Source of the DNA: Oligoflexus sp.
GTDB taxonomy: Bacteria; Bdellovibrionota_B; Oligoflexia; Oligoflexales; Oligoflexaceae
Direction of reading: 5' to 3'
NCBI GenBank assembly: GCA_041736305.1
Contig: JBGSTX010000220.1
Coordinates: 1-27,068 of the forward strand
DNA length: 27,068 nt
Part shown: piece after piece, positions 8,422-18,126 of the stretch
How the letters are laid out: each line of letters starts with the position of its first letter
Position numbering within the stretch: position 1 is the stretch's first letter
The notes under the pieces: model-generated
What the model was told of the DNA's origin: nothing
What the model saw: the letters and a program-made list of their open reading frames with translations, nothing else
Databases searched by the model: none
Translations under genes and position numbers: made by a program

Positions 8422-9309
8422 ATGACCAGATCAGGTCGCCTGATTTTGAGCGCAGGCATGCTCGCGCTCTTGGCCTTTGCCTGCAGAGGCCGCGAAATTC
8501 AATCATCAGTCGTTTTGTCTCAGCAAGAAACATTGCAAGACAAAAACATAGACGGCAAGGGGACGAAATCTGAGGTCTTGGACGAAGACTCTGTTTTCAC
8601 TACGTCTCAGTCTGCAGAAGAAGACGAGCTGATGCTGCCGGGCAGTGAAGCCCCTGAGGTACCTTTTCCTCGCCTGCCTTTTGCCGCCAAAGATGTGCCG
8701 GCTAGCAGCTCGGACTTGATCAATCTTACTCTCCCTATAGAGGCTGATACAGCTTACAGTCACTACGCTGCGAAATACAGCTCGACTAATGACTGTAACG
8801 TCACCAAAGGCTACTCGGTATTTGAACGATCTAAGCCTTTCGAAGTCGCTCAGGAACTCATGCCGAACGGACCCATCTTTCTTTGCATGATTGCCTACCA
8901 CTTTCCAAGCAAGCGCTGGCAGCCAGCGAGTGAGGCGCTGGTCTATAATTGGCAGAAAGTCCCTTTGAAACGCACGATCGAAACCACTTTCGATATGCTC
9001 CTACAAGCCTGTACGACTCCGACACGAACCAACGTTCGAAGTCTTGTGACCATCAACGGAACCTCGGGAACTTATCGCTGGACCGTAATAAACCCTCCTG
9101 GCTGCTCGATAGCATCTGGCACCGGCACCAGTCTCCTAACGAACATCAAGGTTTCTGGCCCGCTCATGGAAGGTAAGTTCATAGACTCTGGAGTTGAGGG
9201 CTGGTTTAAATTCAACTTCACTAACAACGAGAGAACCTCTTTCAAAGGTTCTTGGGGATTGGCATCCGACCTCAAAGTGATCGAAGGAGCCTGGAACTCA
9301 GACCGTTGA
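8422..9309 (+). CDS. Predicted lipoprotein D with beta-rich C-terminal domain, function unknown
   Basis: GGAGG SD, lipobox LLAFA-C, and an aromatic/Gly-patterned C-terminus (GWFKFNF...FKGSWG...GAWNSDR). Confidence 0.8.
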   Translation: MTRSGRLILSAGMLALLAFACRGREIQSSVVLSQQETLQDKNIDGKGTKSEVLDEDSVFTTSQSAEEDELMLPGSEAPEVPFPRLPFAAKDVPASSSDLINLTLPIEADTAYSHYAAKYSSTNDCNVTKGYSVFERSKPFEVAQELMPNGPIFLCMIAYHFPSKRWQPASEALVYNWQKVPLKRTIETTFDMLLQACTTPTRTNVRSLVTINGTSGTYRWTVINPPGCSIASGTGTSLLTNIKVSGPLMEGKFIDSGVEGWFKFNFTNNERTSFKGSWGLASDLKVIEGAWNSDR

Positions 9310-9311
9310 CT

Positions 9312-10568
9312 TTACGCTTCCATGCGCCGACCGATATGCTGCGCGGCAAGCCAGCCACCGGTCCAGGCGTTTTGGAAGTTAAATCCTCCCGTAACTCCGT
9401 CGATATCTATGATTTCGCCTGCAAAGTAGAGTCCTGGACAGAGTCGACTCTCCATGGATCTAAAGTCGATTTCACTGCGGGAAACTCCACCGGCTGTGAC
9501 AAACTCTTCTTTGAACACACCCTTGCCCGAGACCGTGAGTTCGCTCCGCCCGAAGCGTCGCGAGAGTCCGGCAATTTCTTTTTTATTCAGCTGCGCCCAG
9601 GATTTTCCTGGGTCTAGTCCCTCGAGCTCGCAGAGTCTCTCCCAAAAGCGTCGTGAACAGGGGAAGGGGTTTTCATTGCTTAAAATCTTCTTCGCATTCT
9701 TTTCTTTAGCTTTGAGCAGAATATCCTGCGCTGCTTCCACACTGATCTCGTGGCTCCACTGCACAAACAAGCGAGCCTTATAAGCCGAAGCCGCGAGTTC
9801 GCGCGCGGCAAAGGCCGAAAGTCGCAGGATAGCTGGACCGCTCAAGCCCCAGTGCGTGATCAGCGCTCCTCCCTCTTGGATCCAGCTGGTCTTCGCGCCT
9901 TCGATTTCAAGCTCAGCGCGAATGCGGGGAAAACTCTGCCCAGGCAAATCGACTAAGAGGGGATCAGCGATTTCAAAGGTGAAGAGCGAAGGGGCAGCCG
10001 GCACCAGCGAGTGACCCAGGGCTTTTGCCAGGTCTAGACCCATGGGCATGCTGCCTGTGGCTAGGAGCACGCTTCGGCTCTTCAGTATGCGGCCGTCCTT
10101 GAGCGTGAGCTCGAATCCAGTCCCTAGCCGTCTGACTTCAGTAACTAAAGCCTTGGTATGCAATTCAACTTTCGCTTTGGAACGGGCCGTCTCGAAAGCG
10201 TCAATAATAGTCTGCGAGCTGTTGCTCAAGGGAAACATCCGGCCATCGGCCTCTGTTTTTAGCTCGACTCCCCGCTCCTTGAACCAGCGCACGGTAGACT
10301 CAGGGCCGAAGTGATGAAAGGGCCCCAGCAATTCTTTCTGTCCCCGTGGATAATTTGTGACCAAACGCTTCGCTTCGAACTGGTGATGGGTGACGTTGCA
10401 GCGCCCACCACCCGAGACTTTGACTTTCGTCAGGACGCGCGGCGTGGCTTCGACTATTGAGACCCTCATACCGGGACGGGCTTCGGCTGCGTTGATGGCC
10501 CCGAAATATCCTGCGGCCCCTCCACCGATGACGATAAGATCGTAGGGGATTTGATCTAAGGCTTCCAC
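9312..10568 (-). CDS. HI0933/YhiN(BaiN)-family NAD(P)/FAD-dependent flavoprotein
   Basis: IGGGAAG, KVKVSGGGRCNVT, GRMFP, LITHWGLSGPAIL, VTAGGV and GLYFAGEIIDIDGVTGGFNFQNAW. GTG 10568 follows a GGAG SD and overlaps the end of menE. Confidence 0.93.
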   Translation of the reverse strand: MEALDQIPYDLIVIGGGAAGYFGAINAAEARPGMRVSIVEATPRVLTKVKVSGGGRCNVTHHQFEAKRLVTNYPRGQKELLGPFHHFGPESTVRWFKERGVELKTEADGRMFPLSNSSQTIIDAFETARSKAKVELHTKALVTEVRRLGTGFELTLKDGRILKSRSVLLATGSMPMGLDLAKALGHSLVPAAPSLFTFEIADPLLVDLPGQSFPRIRAELEIEGAKTSWIQEGGALITHWGLSGPAILRLSAFAARELAASAYKARLFVQWSHEISVEAAQDILLKAKEKNAKKILSNENPFPCSRRFWERLCELEGLDPGKSWAQLNKKEIAGLSRRFGRSELTVSGKGVFKEEFVTAGGVSRSEIDFRSMESRLCPGLYFAGEIIDIDGVTGGFNFQNAWTGGWLAAQHIGRRMEA

Positions 10569-11992
10569 ACTAACTCCATAGAGACGGGACTCGCCAACCA
10601 TTCATGATAGAAGAGGCGCGACGGTTTGTTGACTTCGGCGGTTTTATGCCAGTAGAAAGCTCGCGGCCACTTGATGCGCGGCAGACTTGCGGCCAGAATT
10701 TCGAGCACTCTGGTGCGAGGAGGGGGCTCCTCTAAGCCGCGATAGATAAGGACCGGCACTTCTCCATAATCCGCATCGGGCTGCGGAATGACGAAGAAAT
10801 CCCCACGTATCTTCAAGCTCTGCAGAGGTCCAAGAATTTCACTGGGCGCTAGGTTCTCCCCCGCAACCTGAAATATTCCATCGTCTCGTCCCTCGATGCG
10901 CAGAACTTTGTCGACTAGGCTGGCTCTATCGGCCGTTGCGTACCAGCTTCCCTGCTCTTCCCCAAAATCGCTCATAGCCTTATGAAAAACGCCTTCCTGC
11001 CACCAGCCTTGGCAGAGCGCAGCTCCTCGTAGCGCGAGACGCCCATCGATAAGCGCTGCCGTCCAGGGCTCTAAGAGCCTGCCAACCTCTCGTCTATCAG
11101 CTGGCAATTCACCGGGCGGAAAAGCAGCGATCTGCGAGGCAGTCTCAGTCGAACCATAGCTTATGGAAAGAGCTAAACCGCTGGCTCCTGCCGCATGCAG
11201 CAGGTCTTCAGGACAAGCCGCTCCACCGAGGATGATCGTGCGCGCCGCCTTCAGCTGCTCTCTGTTTTCATCGAGAGCTCGTGCGAGCTGAGTTGGCACG
11301 AGAGATATAAAGTTTGAGCGATGGTAATGGAGAGCCTGAGAGAGTTCCTGCGGCTTAAAGCCCGCGTGACAGCTGAGTCCACCTAAGAGACAGCGCAGGG
11401 GAATCTGGAGTCCACCGATATGGGCAATATCCAGACTCAATAGCCATGACTCGCCGGGAACGGCCGCATAGAACACGAGCGTCGCCAGAGCCGAGCTGAT
11501 AAGACTTCGCGCGCTGTGCTGAATAGCTTTCGGTCGACCCGTCGAGCCTGAACTATAGATCAGCAGACAAGGCTTATCGAGTTCGATAGAGAGAGGCAGA
11601 GTCGCAGCCAGAGGAAGTTCGCAGGGCTGCGGCAGGGAAAGGGCCCGCAGTTTCGCCGATGGCCTCGCTTCGTCTGAGGCCCAGAATTCAAAAGCAGCTT
11701 GAGCAAGGTAGGGGTCGATCTGCTGCCGCGAGAGGCGCGAAGGCAGAAGGGCCAGGATTCCTCCTTCACCCATAGCAGCCAGGACACTGACCCAAGTTTG
11801 GTAGGGCTTGGGGCAGTATAGGGCTATGAAGTCCCCCGCTTTCAAACCAGCTGTTCGCCATTGCGAACGCAAAAGGCTGACATCGGCGGCAAGTTCAGCA
11901 AAGCTACGCGTAAAGCCCGGCTCGTGCCAAGCCAGCTGCGAGCCGTAGCTCTTGAACTTCTCTTCCATCAGGCCACTATGTATGCCGTCCAT
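10556..11992 (-). CDS. menE: o-succinylbenzoate-CoA ligase
   Basis: AMP-binding motifs SSGSTGRPK, WLLSL..AHIGG, SLVPTQL, ILGGA, SYGSTET and GRDD, plus men operon context. Confidence 0.9.
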   Translation of the reverse strand: MDGIHSGLMEEKFKSYGSQLAWHEPGFTRSFAELAADVSLLRSQWRTAGLKAGDFIALYCPKPYQTWVSVLAAMGEGGILALLPSRLSRQQIDPYLAQAAFEFWASDEARPSAKLRALSLPQPCELPLAATLPLSIELDKPCLLIYSSGSTGRPKAIQHSARSLISSALATLVFYAAVPGESWLLSLDIAHIGGLQIPLRCLLGGLSCHAGFKPQELSQALHYHRSNFISLVPTQLARALDENREQLKAARTIILGGAACPEDLLHAAGASGLALSISYGSTETASQIAAFPPGELPADRREVGRLLEPWTAALIDGRLALRGAALCQGWWQEGVFHKAMSDFGEEQGSWYATADRASLVDKVLRIEGRDDGIFQVAGENLAPSEILGPLQSLKIRGDFFVIPQPDADYGEVPVLIYRGLEEPPPRTRVLEILAASLPRIKWPRAFYWHKTAEVNKPSRLFYHEWLASPVSMELVWKP

Positions 11993-12001
11993 CGTTTTCT
12001 C

Positions 12002-13099
12002 CTAGGTCGAGCGAGGCCATATTGGCCTCGAATCCAGGATTTCAAGTCCGGGGACCGCCTCGGGACCCAATCTTGGACTCTTCGGCCAAGCTGCATGAGC
12101 GGCATAGGGCGCCAGAGGACCCTCAGCTTTCACTCCGCTAAACGCATGTATAGTTCCCAGCCCTAGGGCCTCAGGCTTATGTACGATGCGTCCATAGAGC
12201 CAAGCATAGAGCTGCAGACTCAGCTCGCTTTCGTAGGCATTGCTCAAGACGACTCGGCCCATGCGCGCATTGAGCGTCTTCATCCAGACGATGCTGCGGC
12301 TCAAACCTAGACGATTTGGTTTGAGCACCGCAAGCTCTGGCAGCGGCTGCGTGTGCAGAGGATCTAAACCGCTGAGGCTTTCATCCATAGCCAGCGGCCA
12401 TTGCGAACCAAGGACTTGACGACTTTCCAGGGCTGCTTCTTCGAAATAATCGATAGACCAGTCGCCGCGCTCAAGAAACCTTTTCCAAGAGAGTAGACCC
12501 GTCTCGTTCAACCCTCGGTTCGCGTCGAGTCGGAACCTAGCCTCAGGTCCGAGAAGTGAGCGCACTTCCCCTAAAAGATCTTGCTCGAACGCGGCTTTCT
12601 CGCGGCCAATTTTGACTTTAATACATTGAATCCCGCGTTTGCGGAGCTCATAGAGAGCCTGCCACCAGGCTGCATCGGGTACGCGCGGGAGGTGAACAAG
12701 TGCGCTGTGTTCAAAGCTATCGCTGCATGGTGCAGCGGGTAGCTCGAAAAGCCCTCGCTCGATGGCTAGGTGAAGGAGGAGCATTTCAACGCTGCTCTGA
12801 ACAGCTGGACTCGTGCGAGGGAAATTCAAACCAAAAAAATCTGCGCCGACGCTCCAGAGATTCCAATCCACATTCCCGAGGGCTGGCCCCACCGCCTGCT
12901 CCCAGTAATCCATCGCGTCTTTGAGAGTCTCTCGGTGCAAACCCGCTAAGGGAGCACACTCGGCAAAAGCGCGTCGCCCCTCTCTATCCTCAGCTTCGAT
13001 GAAGAAACCAAGCCTATCGCTGAGGCACACCGACCCTATCGTCAAAGGTAGGAGCAGGGGACGGCGATACGCGTGCAAGTCTAGGCGAAAGCTTTTCAT
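12002..13099 (-). CDS. menC: o-succinylbenzoate synthase (enolase superfamily)
   Basis: ECAPLAGLHRE, KVKIG, RLDANR, YFEE, AMDESL and VLKP. ATGA overlap with the menA stop at 13096-13099. Confidence 0.88.
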   Translation of the reverse strand: MKSFRLDLHAYRRPLLLPLTIGSVCLSDRLGFFIEAEDREGRRAFAECAPLAGLHRETLKDAMDYWEQAVGPALGNVDWNLWSVGADFFGLNFPRTSPAVQSSVEMLLLHLAIERGLFELPAAPCSDSFEHSALVHLPRVPDAAWWQALYELRKRGIQCIKVKIGREKAAFEQDLLGEVRSLLGPEARFRLDANRGLNETGLLSWKRFLERGDWSIDYFEEAALESRQVLGSQWPLAMDESLSGLDPLHTQPLPELAVLKPNRLGLSRSIVWMKTLNARMGRVVLSNAYESELSLQLYAWLYGRIVHKPEALGLGTIHAFSGVKAEGPLAPYAAHAAWPKSPRLGPEAVPGLEILDSRPIWPRST

Positions 13100-14004
13100 A
13101 CCCAAAGCAGCCAAGCGAAGGCGAGAGCGTAAAAGAAATTGAAGAGCGCCGTGCGTTTCAGCGCCATGTTCAGCGAAGATGCCGGCCCTCTCAAGAGGGG
13201 GGCAATCCCTTTGGCTATAAGCACGATGAGCAGCGCGACTATCGCCAGACCGGCAAAGAACTTTTGATGCAGCAGAGCATAGCTGAGGATGAGCCCGCTG
13301 CTGAGAAGAAGCAAAGCGAGCGGCAAGAGACGACCGGCCTTCTCGCCGACGATCGTTGCGAGAGTATGCTTTCCGGCCCGCGCATCGGTGCGGATATCAC
13401 GAGCGTTATTGATCGCCATGATAGCTGCTGCGATGAGTCCTGGTCCTAGGCCCCAAAAGGCCACAGCTCCATCGATGGATTGCGTGTGCAGATAGTTGGT
13501 TCCCATCACGGCGATGGGCCCGAAGAAAATGAGAGCGACGACTTCGCCGAGCGCGAAGTAGGAAAGCGGTGCTGGCCCTGCGGTGTAGGCATAGGCAGCA
13601 AGCGCGCAGAGTAGGGCTACGGCCGGCATCAGCCAGTCTTGATTTCGCCAGAAGAGGCCAGCGGCAATGAGCGCCGCCGCTCCGAAGCAAAAGCTATAAG
13701 CTTTTCGAACCGCTTGCTGACTCAAGAGCCCTCGCTGAACGACGCGTAGCGGACCCAGTCTTTCGCCAGCATCGACCCCTTTTTGAGCGTCCTTGGCATC
13801 GTTGACGAGATTCGCTGCCGTCTGCAGGAGCAGCGCCAGCAGCAGGGCCGAGAGACTGGCGACGATACTCAAGCCTTCTTGGGTCTGCAGAGCGCTGAGA
13901 CGGGCGAAGCCGAGTCCTAAAATAACCGGGCCGATGCCGGCGAGCAGCGTCGGTGGTCGGATCGCCATCAACCAGACTTGCCAGGTAGGAAGTGATTTTT
14001 CCAT
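13096..14004 (-). CDS. menA: 1,4-dihydroxy-2-naphthoate prenyltransferase (UbiA family)
   Basis: W..AIRPPTL, ANLVND..D..KGVD...RLGP, YTAGP.PL.Y..LGE and NNARDI..D..AGKHTLA. TGATG overlap with the menD stop. Confidence 0.93.
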   Translation of the reverse strand: MEKSLPTWQVWLMAIRPPTLLAGIGPVILGLGFARLSALQTQEGLSIVASLSALLLALLLQTAANLVNDAKDAQKGVDAGERLGPLRVVQRGLLSQQAVRKAYSFCFGAAALIAAGLFWRNQDWLMPAVALLCALAAYAYTAGPAPLSYFALGEVVALIFFGPIAVMGTNYLHTQSIDGAVAFWGLGPGLIAAAIMAINNARDIRTDARAGKHTLATIVGEKAGRLLPLALLLLSSGLILSYALLHQKFFAGLAIVALLIVLIAKGIAPLLRGPASSLNMALKRTALFNFFYALAFAWLLWV

Positions 14005-15764
14005 CAGGGTATCCTCGGGTTCTGGCTCGTCAGGTGACGGAGCTGATTCTGGTAGAGCCGATCCGCGTCGGGGCTTTGACGACATTCGATGAGCCGCATG
14101 CCACCGGTCTTGAGACTCTGACCGTAGGCATGCTCAAACTCTTTCTGACTCTGGCAGGCGATATAGTCAACTCCGGCCATCGCCGCGATTCCTTCGAAAT
14201 TAAATGTATGCGGCGTAGAGATCCAAGGATCTTTCACTTCGGGGTAGGCAGCAATAGGCAGCGTTTCAAAGATCCGCCCACCGCTGTTGTTGACGATGAC
14301 GACGATGAAAGTTCCCGTGAGACCACTTGTCTTCAGACTCAAGATCGAATTGAGATCGTGCATCATTGAAATATCGCCGAGCACCACCGTCCAGCCCTGG
14401 CGCTTGCCTCGGGCTACACCGAGCGCCGTGGCTAGCAAGCCCTCGATCCCACTGACCCCTCGATTCGCTTGAATCTCGGGCCAAGCCCCCGCAGCGTAGC
14501 ACCAGGAATCGAAGGCGCGAATAGCGGTCGAATTCCCGAGAAAGAGTCCGTGATCCTCCCGAGGACTCAGCTCGATAATCGTCTCAGCCACGGCCGCAAA
14601 GTTGAATTCTCCCGGCTCCATAGTCGCAAGCTTGTTCACTAAAGATCGCGCGCTTGCCGCGAGATCAGCTGGGGGAGGCTTAATTTCAAGATCTGCTAGC
14701 GCGACCGCCACACTGGAGAGTTCGCTATCAAACTGCAGTCTTTGCAAGAGATGAGCGGGATCCTGGGGCCCGATCTCACTGCTGAAAACCCAGTACGAGG
14801 CTGGCTCGTGACGGGCGATGAAATCGTCGAAGTATCTCGATACCAATCGACGACCCAGATGGATGATCATATCGGGACGGTACGAGCTGAGCGCTTCGAG
14901 CATCAGCGGATGCTGCAGATCGAGAATCTGCTGAGGAACCATGCCCTTCAAACCCGAACCCACATCGGCGAAGCTCGGCCAGCCTAGCTTCTCTTGGATA
15001 AATCGTGCTGCTTGCCTATCCTTTTCATTGTTGAAACGGCCCAGCAGCAGAAATCCGCGCTTGGCTTCGCCGACTGCATTTCGAAACAATGCGGCACTCG
15101 CGGCATCGAGAGGCGGACGCTCGCGCCGGGCGATCTGGGTCGGCATCTTTCTGAGCTCTTTATCCCAAGCTTCTACTTCACCCGGACCGTCTTTAACTTG
15201 CACAGGATCGAGCGGCACGTGAAAGGGCACATTGAGGTGCACGGGCCCTTGAGGTGCTGCCAGAGCTGTTTGCAGAAGGTCGCGAGCCACGTCCATCCAG
15301 GCACGGCCATCGAAGTCCTTCGAAGGAACAGGAAAATCCAGACTCTTCTTGGCAAAGCGACCGTAGATTTGTCTTTGATCGACGACCTGCTGAGCAGCGG
15401 CATGAACCAGCTCAAAGGGTCGGTCTGCTGTGACGACGAGCATGGGAACTTGTTCGACAGAAGCTTCTATCAGCGCCGGATAATAATTTGCGCCAGCCGT
15501 ACCTGAAGTACAGATCAGCACCGCCGGTAGACCTGTGGCCTTGGCGTAACCAAGCGCTTGGAAGGCGCCGGCGCGCTCGTCGAAGCAAGAGACCAGCTCG
15601 ACGTCGCTGCGCGCCTGCAGAGCGGCGATGAGGGGTGCATCCCGATAGCCTGGTGATATGAAATAAGTGCTGACACCGAGCCTACGCCAGGCAGCGATGA
15701 GAAGCGAGGCAGCCAGCATGTTCCAGTTTTTTGCAGCTTCGCTAGGTAGCGCATGAGCGGTCAT
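14004..15764 (-). CDS. menD: SEPHCHC synthase (ThDP-dependent)
   Basis: SPGYRDAPL, DERAGAF.ALG, CTSGTA, TADRP, GPVHLN.PF, NRGVSGIEG, GDIS..HDLN and VNNSGG.IF. Confidence 0.95.
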   Translation of the reverse strand: MTAHALPSEAAKNWNMLAASLLIAAWRRLGVSTYFISPGYRDAPLIAALQARSDVELVSCFDERAGAFQALGYAKATGLPAVLICTSGTAGANYYPALIEASVEQVPMLVVTADRPFELVHAAAQQVVDQRQIYGRFAKKSLDFPVPSKDFDGRAWMDVARDLLQTALAAPQGPVHLNVPFHVPLDPVQVKDGPGEVEAWDKELRKMPTQIARRERPPLDAASAALFRNAVGEAKRGFLLLGRFNNEKDRQAARFIQEKLGWPSFADVGSGLKGMVPQQILDLQHPLMLEALSSYRPDMIIHLGRRLVSRYFDDFIARHEPASYWVFSSEIGPQDPAHLLQRLQFDSELSSVAVALADLEIKPPPADLAASARSLVNKLATMEPGEFNFAAVAETIIELSPREDHGLFLGNSTAIRAFDSWCYAAGAWPEIQANRGVSGIEGLLATALGVARGKRQGWTVVLGDISMMHDLNSILSLKTSGLTGTFIVVIVNNSGGRIFETLPIAAYPEVKDPWISTPHTFNFEGIAAMAGVDYIACQSQKEFEHAYGQSLKTGGMRLIECRQSPDADRLYQNQLRHLTSQNPRIP

Positions 15765-15800
15765 GGAATAGTCTCGAGTCTAAGAGCCCAAGGGCGTCTG

Positions 15801-17225
15801 CTAAAAGGATTCTGCTGCAGCATCACAGACTTTAGGGCGTGAGCGGGCCGGCAGCAAACCGAGGAAATTCTGCATCTTCTGCTCGGTTTCGCGCCATTCG
15901 GCGAGGGGTTCGGAAGCCTCGACGATGCCAGCCCCGGCGAAGACATGCAGCTGTTTTTGAAAGCAGAGGGCCGAACGAATGCCTATCGCAAATTCTCCTG
16001 CAGCACCAGCGATAAAGCCGATGTAACCGGCAAACCAACCGCGCTCGAAAGCTTCATGACGGCGTAGAAAGTCCAGGGCTGTAGGTCGGGGCACGCCGCC
16101 GACGGCAGGAGTCGGATGCAAACGTTGCAGCAATCTAAATCCTCGCGCCTCATCGAGCGAAGCCCACTGCCCTGAAAACCGACTGCGCATATGCTGAACG
16201 TGCTCGAGCTGCAGAAGTTTCTCTTCTTCCCCGGCGGTAAATGTCAGCCCTTCTCCGCTGAGGACCTCGGCTATGGCTTCGCTCACGAGACGGTGTTCAC
16301 GCTTTTCTTTCGGTGAATCCTGGAGCTCGCGGGCCGCAGCGCGATCTTGCTGCAGAGTTCCGACCCGACTCCGCGTGCCGGCGATCGCATCGAGCTCGAA
16401 ACCGCGGCTGTTCCAAGCCAGCAGACGTTCCGGAGAACGCCCCATAAACACGCGCCCAGATGGACTTCTCAGTCCGAAAACAAAAGCCTCTTCGCGGGTG
16501 TCGAGCAAGTGCTCTAGCCACTGAGTCCAGCTGTAGTTATGGGCAAATTCGAGTTTCACGCTGCGACTCATCACGACTTTGTCGAGCTTCTCATTGCGCA
16601 TGCATTCAATAGCCTGCTCGATGCTTTCGATCCACTCTGCCTGCTCAGGAATATCGATGCGGCGCTCGTAGGCGGGCAGAGCTAAGGAGCGAGACGCGGA
16701 GCGAGGGTTTAAGGCCAGCAGTGCCTTGATCAACTCTTCCGCCTTTTCCTGCAGTTCCACCTGCTTATCGAGATCGGAGCAGAGATAAAGATCGCAGCCA
16801 TCGGCACCCAGGCGCAGAAGGACGCCAGGCAGCAGCCACTGGGACGAACTCATTTCTCCCCAAAGCTCGGAAGGCTGCTCGGCGAAGAAAGGCTGACCAC
16901 CGAAAATAAAATGATCGTGCACCCCTTCCTGGAGTGAGGCCATCTCCGTCGCGCTCAAAAGCAAGAGGATATCCCAGCCTAACCAGAGATCAGCACCGGG
17001 CTCTCGACTCTTCCAGCAGAAAGCCCAACCTTCCGTCTGGGTGAGAAAAGTCCAGGGGGGCAGCAGGGCTTGGGCGCTTCCCTTGAGCCGCCACTTGCCG
17101 CGCACGAGCTTTCTTGGGCCGAGCTGCTGCTGGCTCCACTCCACGGCTTCGAGTGAATCGTCCAGCTGCTCTTGCTTATCTTTTGCTAGCGGCGCTGGCC
17201 CTGATCTTCCTCTCCCTTCCATCAC
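15801..17225 (-). CDS. menF: Isochorismate synthase
   Basis: KVVMSR, SPERL, AIAGT, KEKREH, LHPTPAVGG.P, RGWFAG, IRSA and FAGAGIV. The start overlaps the menG stop. Confidence 0.9.
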   Translation of the reverse strand: MMEGRGRSGPAPLAKDKQEQLDDSLEAVEWSQQQLGPRKLVRGKWRLKGSAQALLPPWTFLTQTEGWAFCWKSREPGADLWLGWDILLLLSATEMASLQEGVHDHFIFGGQPFFAEQPSELWGEMSSSQWLLPGVLLRLGADGCDLYLCSDLDKQVELQEKAEELIKALLALNPRSASRSLALPAYERRIDIPEQAEWIESIEQAIECMRNEKLDKVVMSRSVKLEFAHNYSWTQWLEHLLDTREEAFVFGLRSPSGRVFMGRSPERLLAWNSRGFELDAIAGTRSRVGTLQQDRAAARELQDSPKEKREHRLVSEAIAEVLSGEGLTFTAGEEEKLLQLEHVQHMRSRFSGQWASLDEARGFRLLQRLHPTPAVGGVPRPTALDFLRRHEAFERGWFAGYIGFIAGAAGEFAIGIRSALCFQKQLHVFAGAGIVEASEPLAEWRETEQKMQNFLGLLPARSRPKVCDAAAESF

Positions 17226-17929
17226 TGCTTTACGCCTCGATAGAGGTTGACGATTCCAAAGCTGAGACTCTGGAACTTGGTATGGCTGTAGCCGGCCTCA
17301 CGCATGAGGGCGGTAAACTGCTCGCCATGGGGAAATTCTTCTATGGTTTCATTAAGATAGCTATAAGCCGTCGCATGACCGGAAAGGAGCCGACCTATGA
17401 GCGGCAGACAATGCCGCAGATAGAAGAGATGCAGCTGCCGAAAGAGTTTGGACCGAGGCAGGGCAAATTCTAGGATAAGACAGACTCCACCTGGTTTGAG
17501 CACCCGGTAAATCTCTTTGAGACAAGTCAGCGTACTAGGAACGTTACGAATACCGAAAGACATCGTCGCCGCATCAAAGCTGCGGGAACGGTAGCGTAGC
17601 TGCTGAGCATCTCCGACTTCAAAGCTGATTTTCCGCGTGAGCTGACGAGCTTTCACTTTCTGCTCACCCAAGGCAATCATTCCCCGCGAGAGGTCGAGGC
17701 CGACTATATGCTTAACAGCGGGACTTTGGCTAAGTTCAATTGCCACATCACCCGTTCCTGTCGCCAGGTCTAAAACCTGGAGTCCGCTCCTATCTGGCAG
17801 AGCCCGTCGCAGAGCTCGACGCCAGCCTCGATGCAGACCTAAGGAAAGCACGGTATTAATGATGTCATATCGACTCGCTATGGCGTCGAAGATTCGGTAG
17901 GATTCGCTTTTTGCATGGATAAGAGTCAT
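17222..17929 (-). CDS. menG: Demethylmenaquinone methyltransferase (UbiE/MenG)
   Basis: FDAIASRYD..N..LS.GLH..W, LDLATGTGD, SFGIRNV, RVLKPGG..ILEF and AYSYL..TIEEFP. Confidence 0.95.
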   Translation of the reverse strand: MTLIHAKSESYRIFDAIASRYDIINTVLSLGLHRGWRRALRRALPDRSGLQVLDLATGTGDVAIELSQSPAVKHIVGLDLSRGMIALGEQKVKARQLTRKISFEVGDAQQLRYRSRSFDAATMSFGIRNVPSTLTCLKEIYRVLKPGGVCLILEFALPRSKLFRQLHLFYLRHCLPLIGRLLSGHATAYSYLNETIEEFPHGEQFTALMREAGYSHTKFQSLSFGIVNLYRGVKQ

Positions 17930-18126
17930 TTGATCGCTACCTGTGAGTCACTGTTCACGACTATATAAACCTTTTGCGAGAAGCCCATCAACCAAAATTC
18001 CAGGGGCCTTTTGCCTGCGTCCGGACACCTCCTTAACATTTGTGTGGAAGGGGCTTGCCTTCAAGAGACGATCGAGGAATAACTAGGAGTGTCGCTAGGT
18101 GGATCCGAGACTCAGTTTAAGGAAGC

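Noticed and set aside
4520-9310. Mobile element or prophage origin of the lower-GC island
   Set aside because: No integrase, transposase, tRNA target or flanking direct repeats seen.
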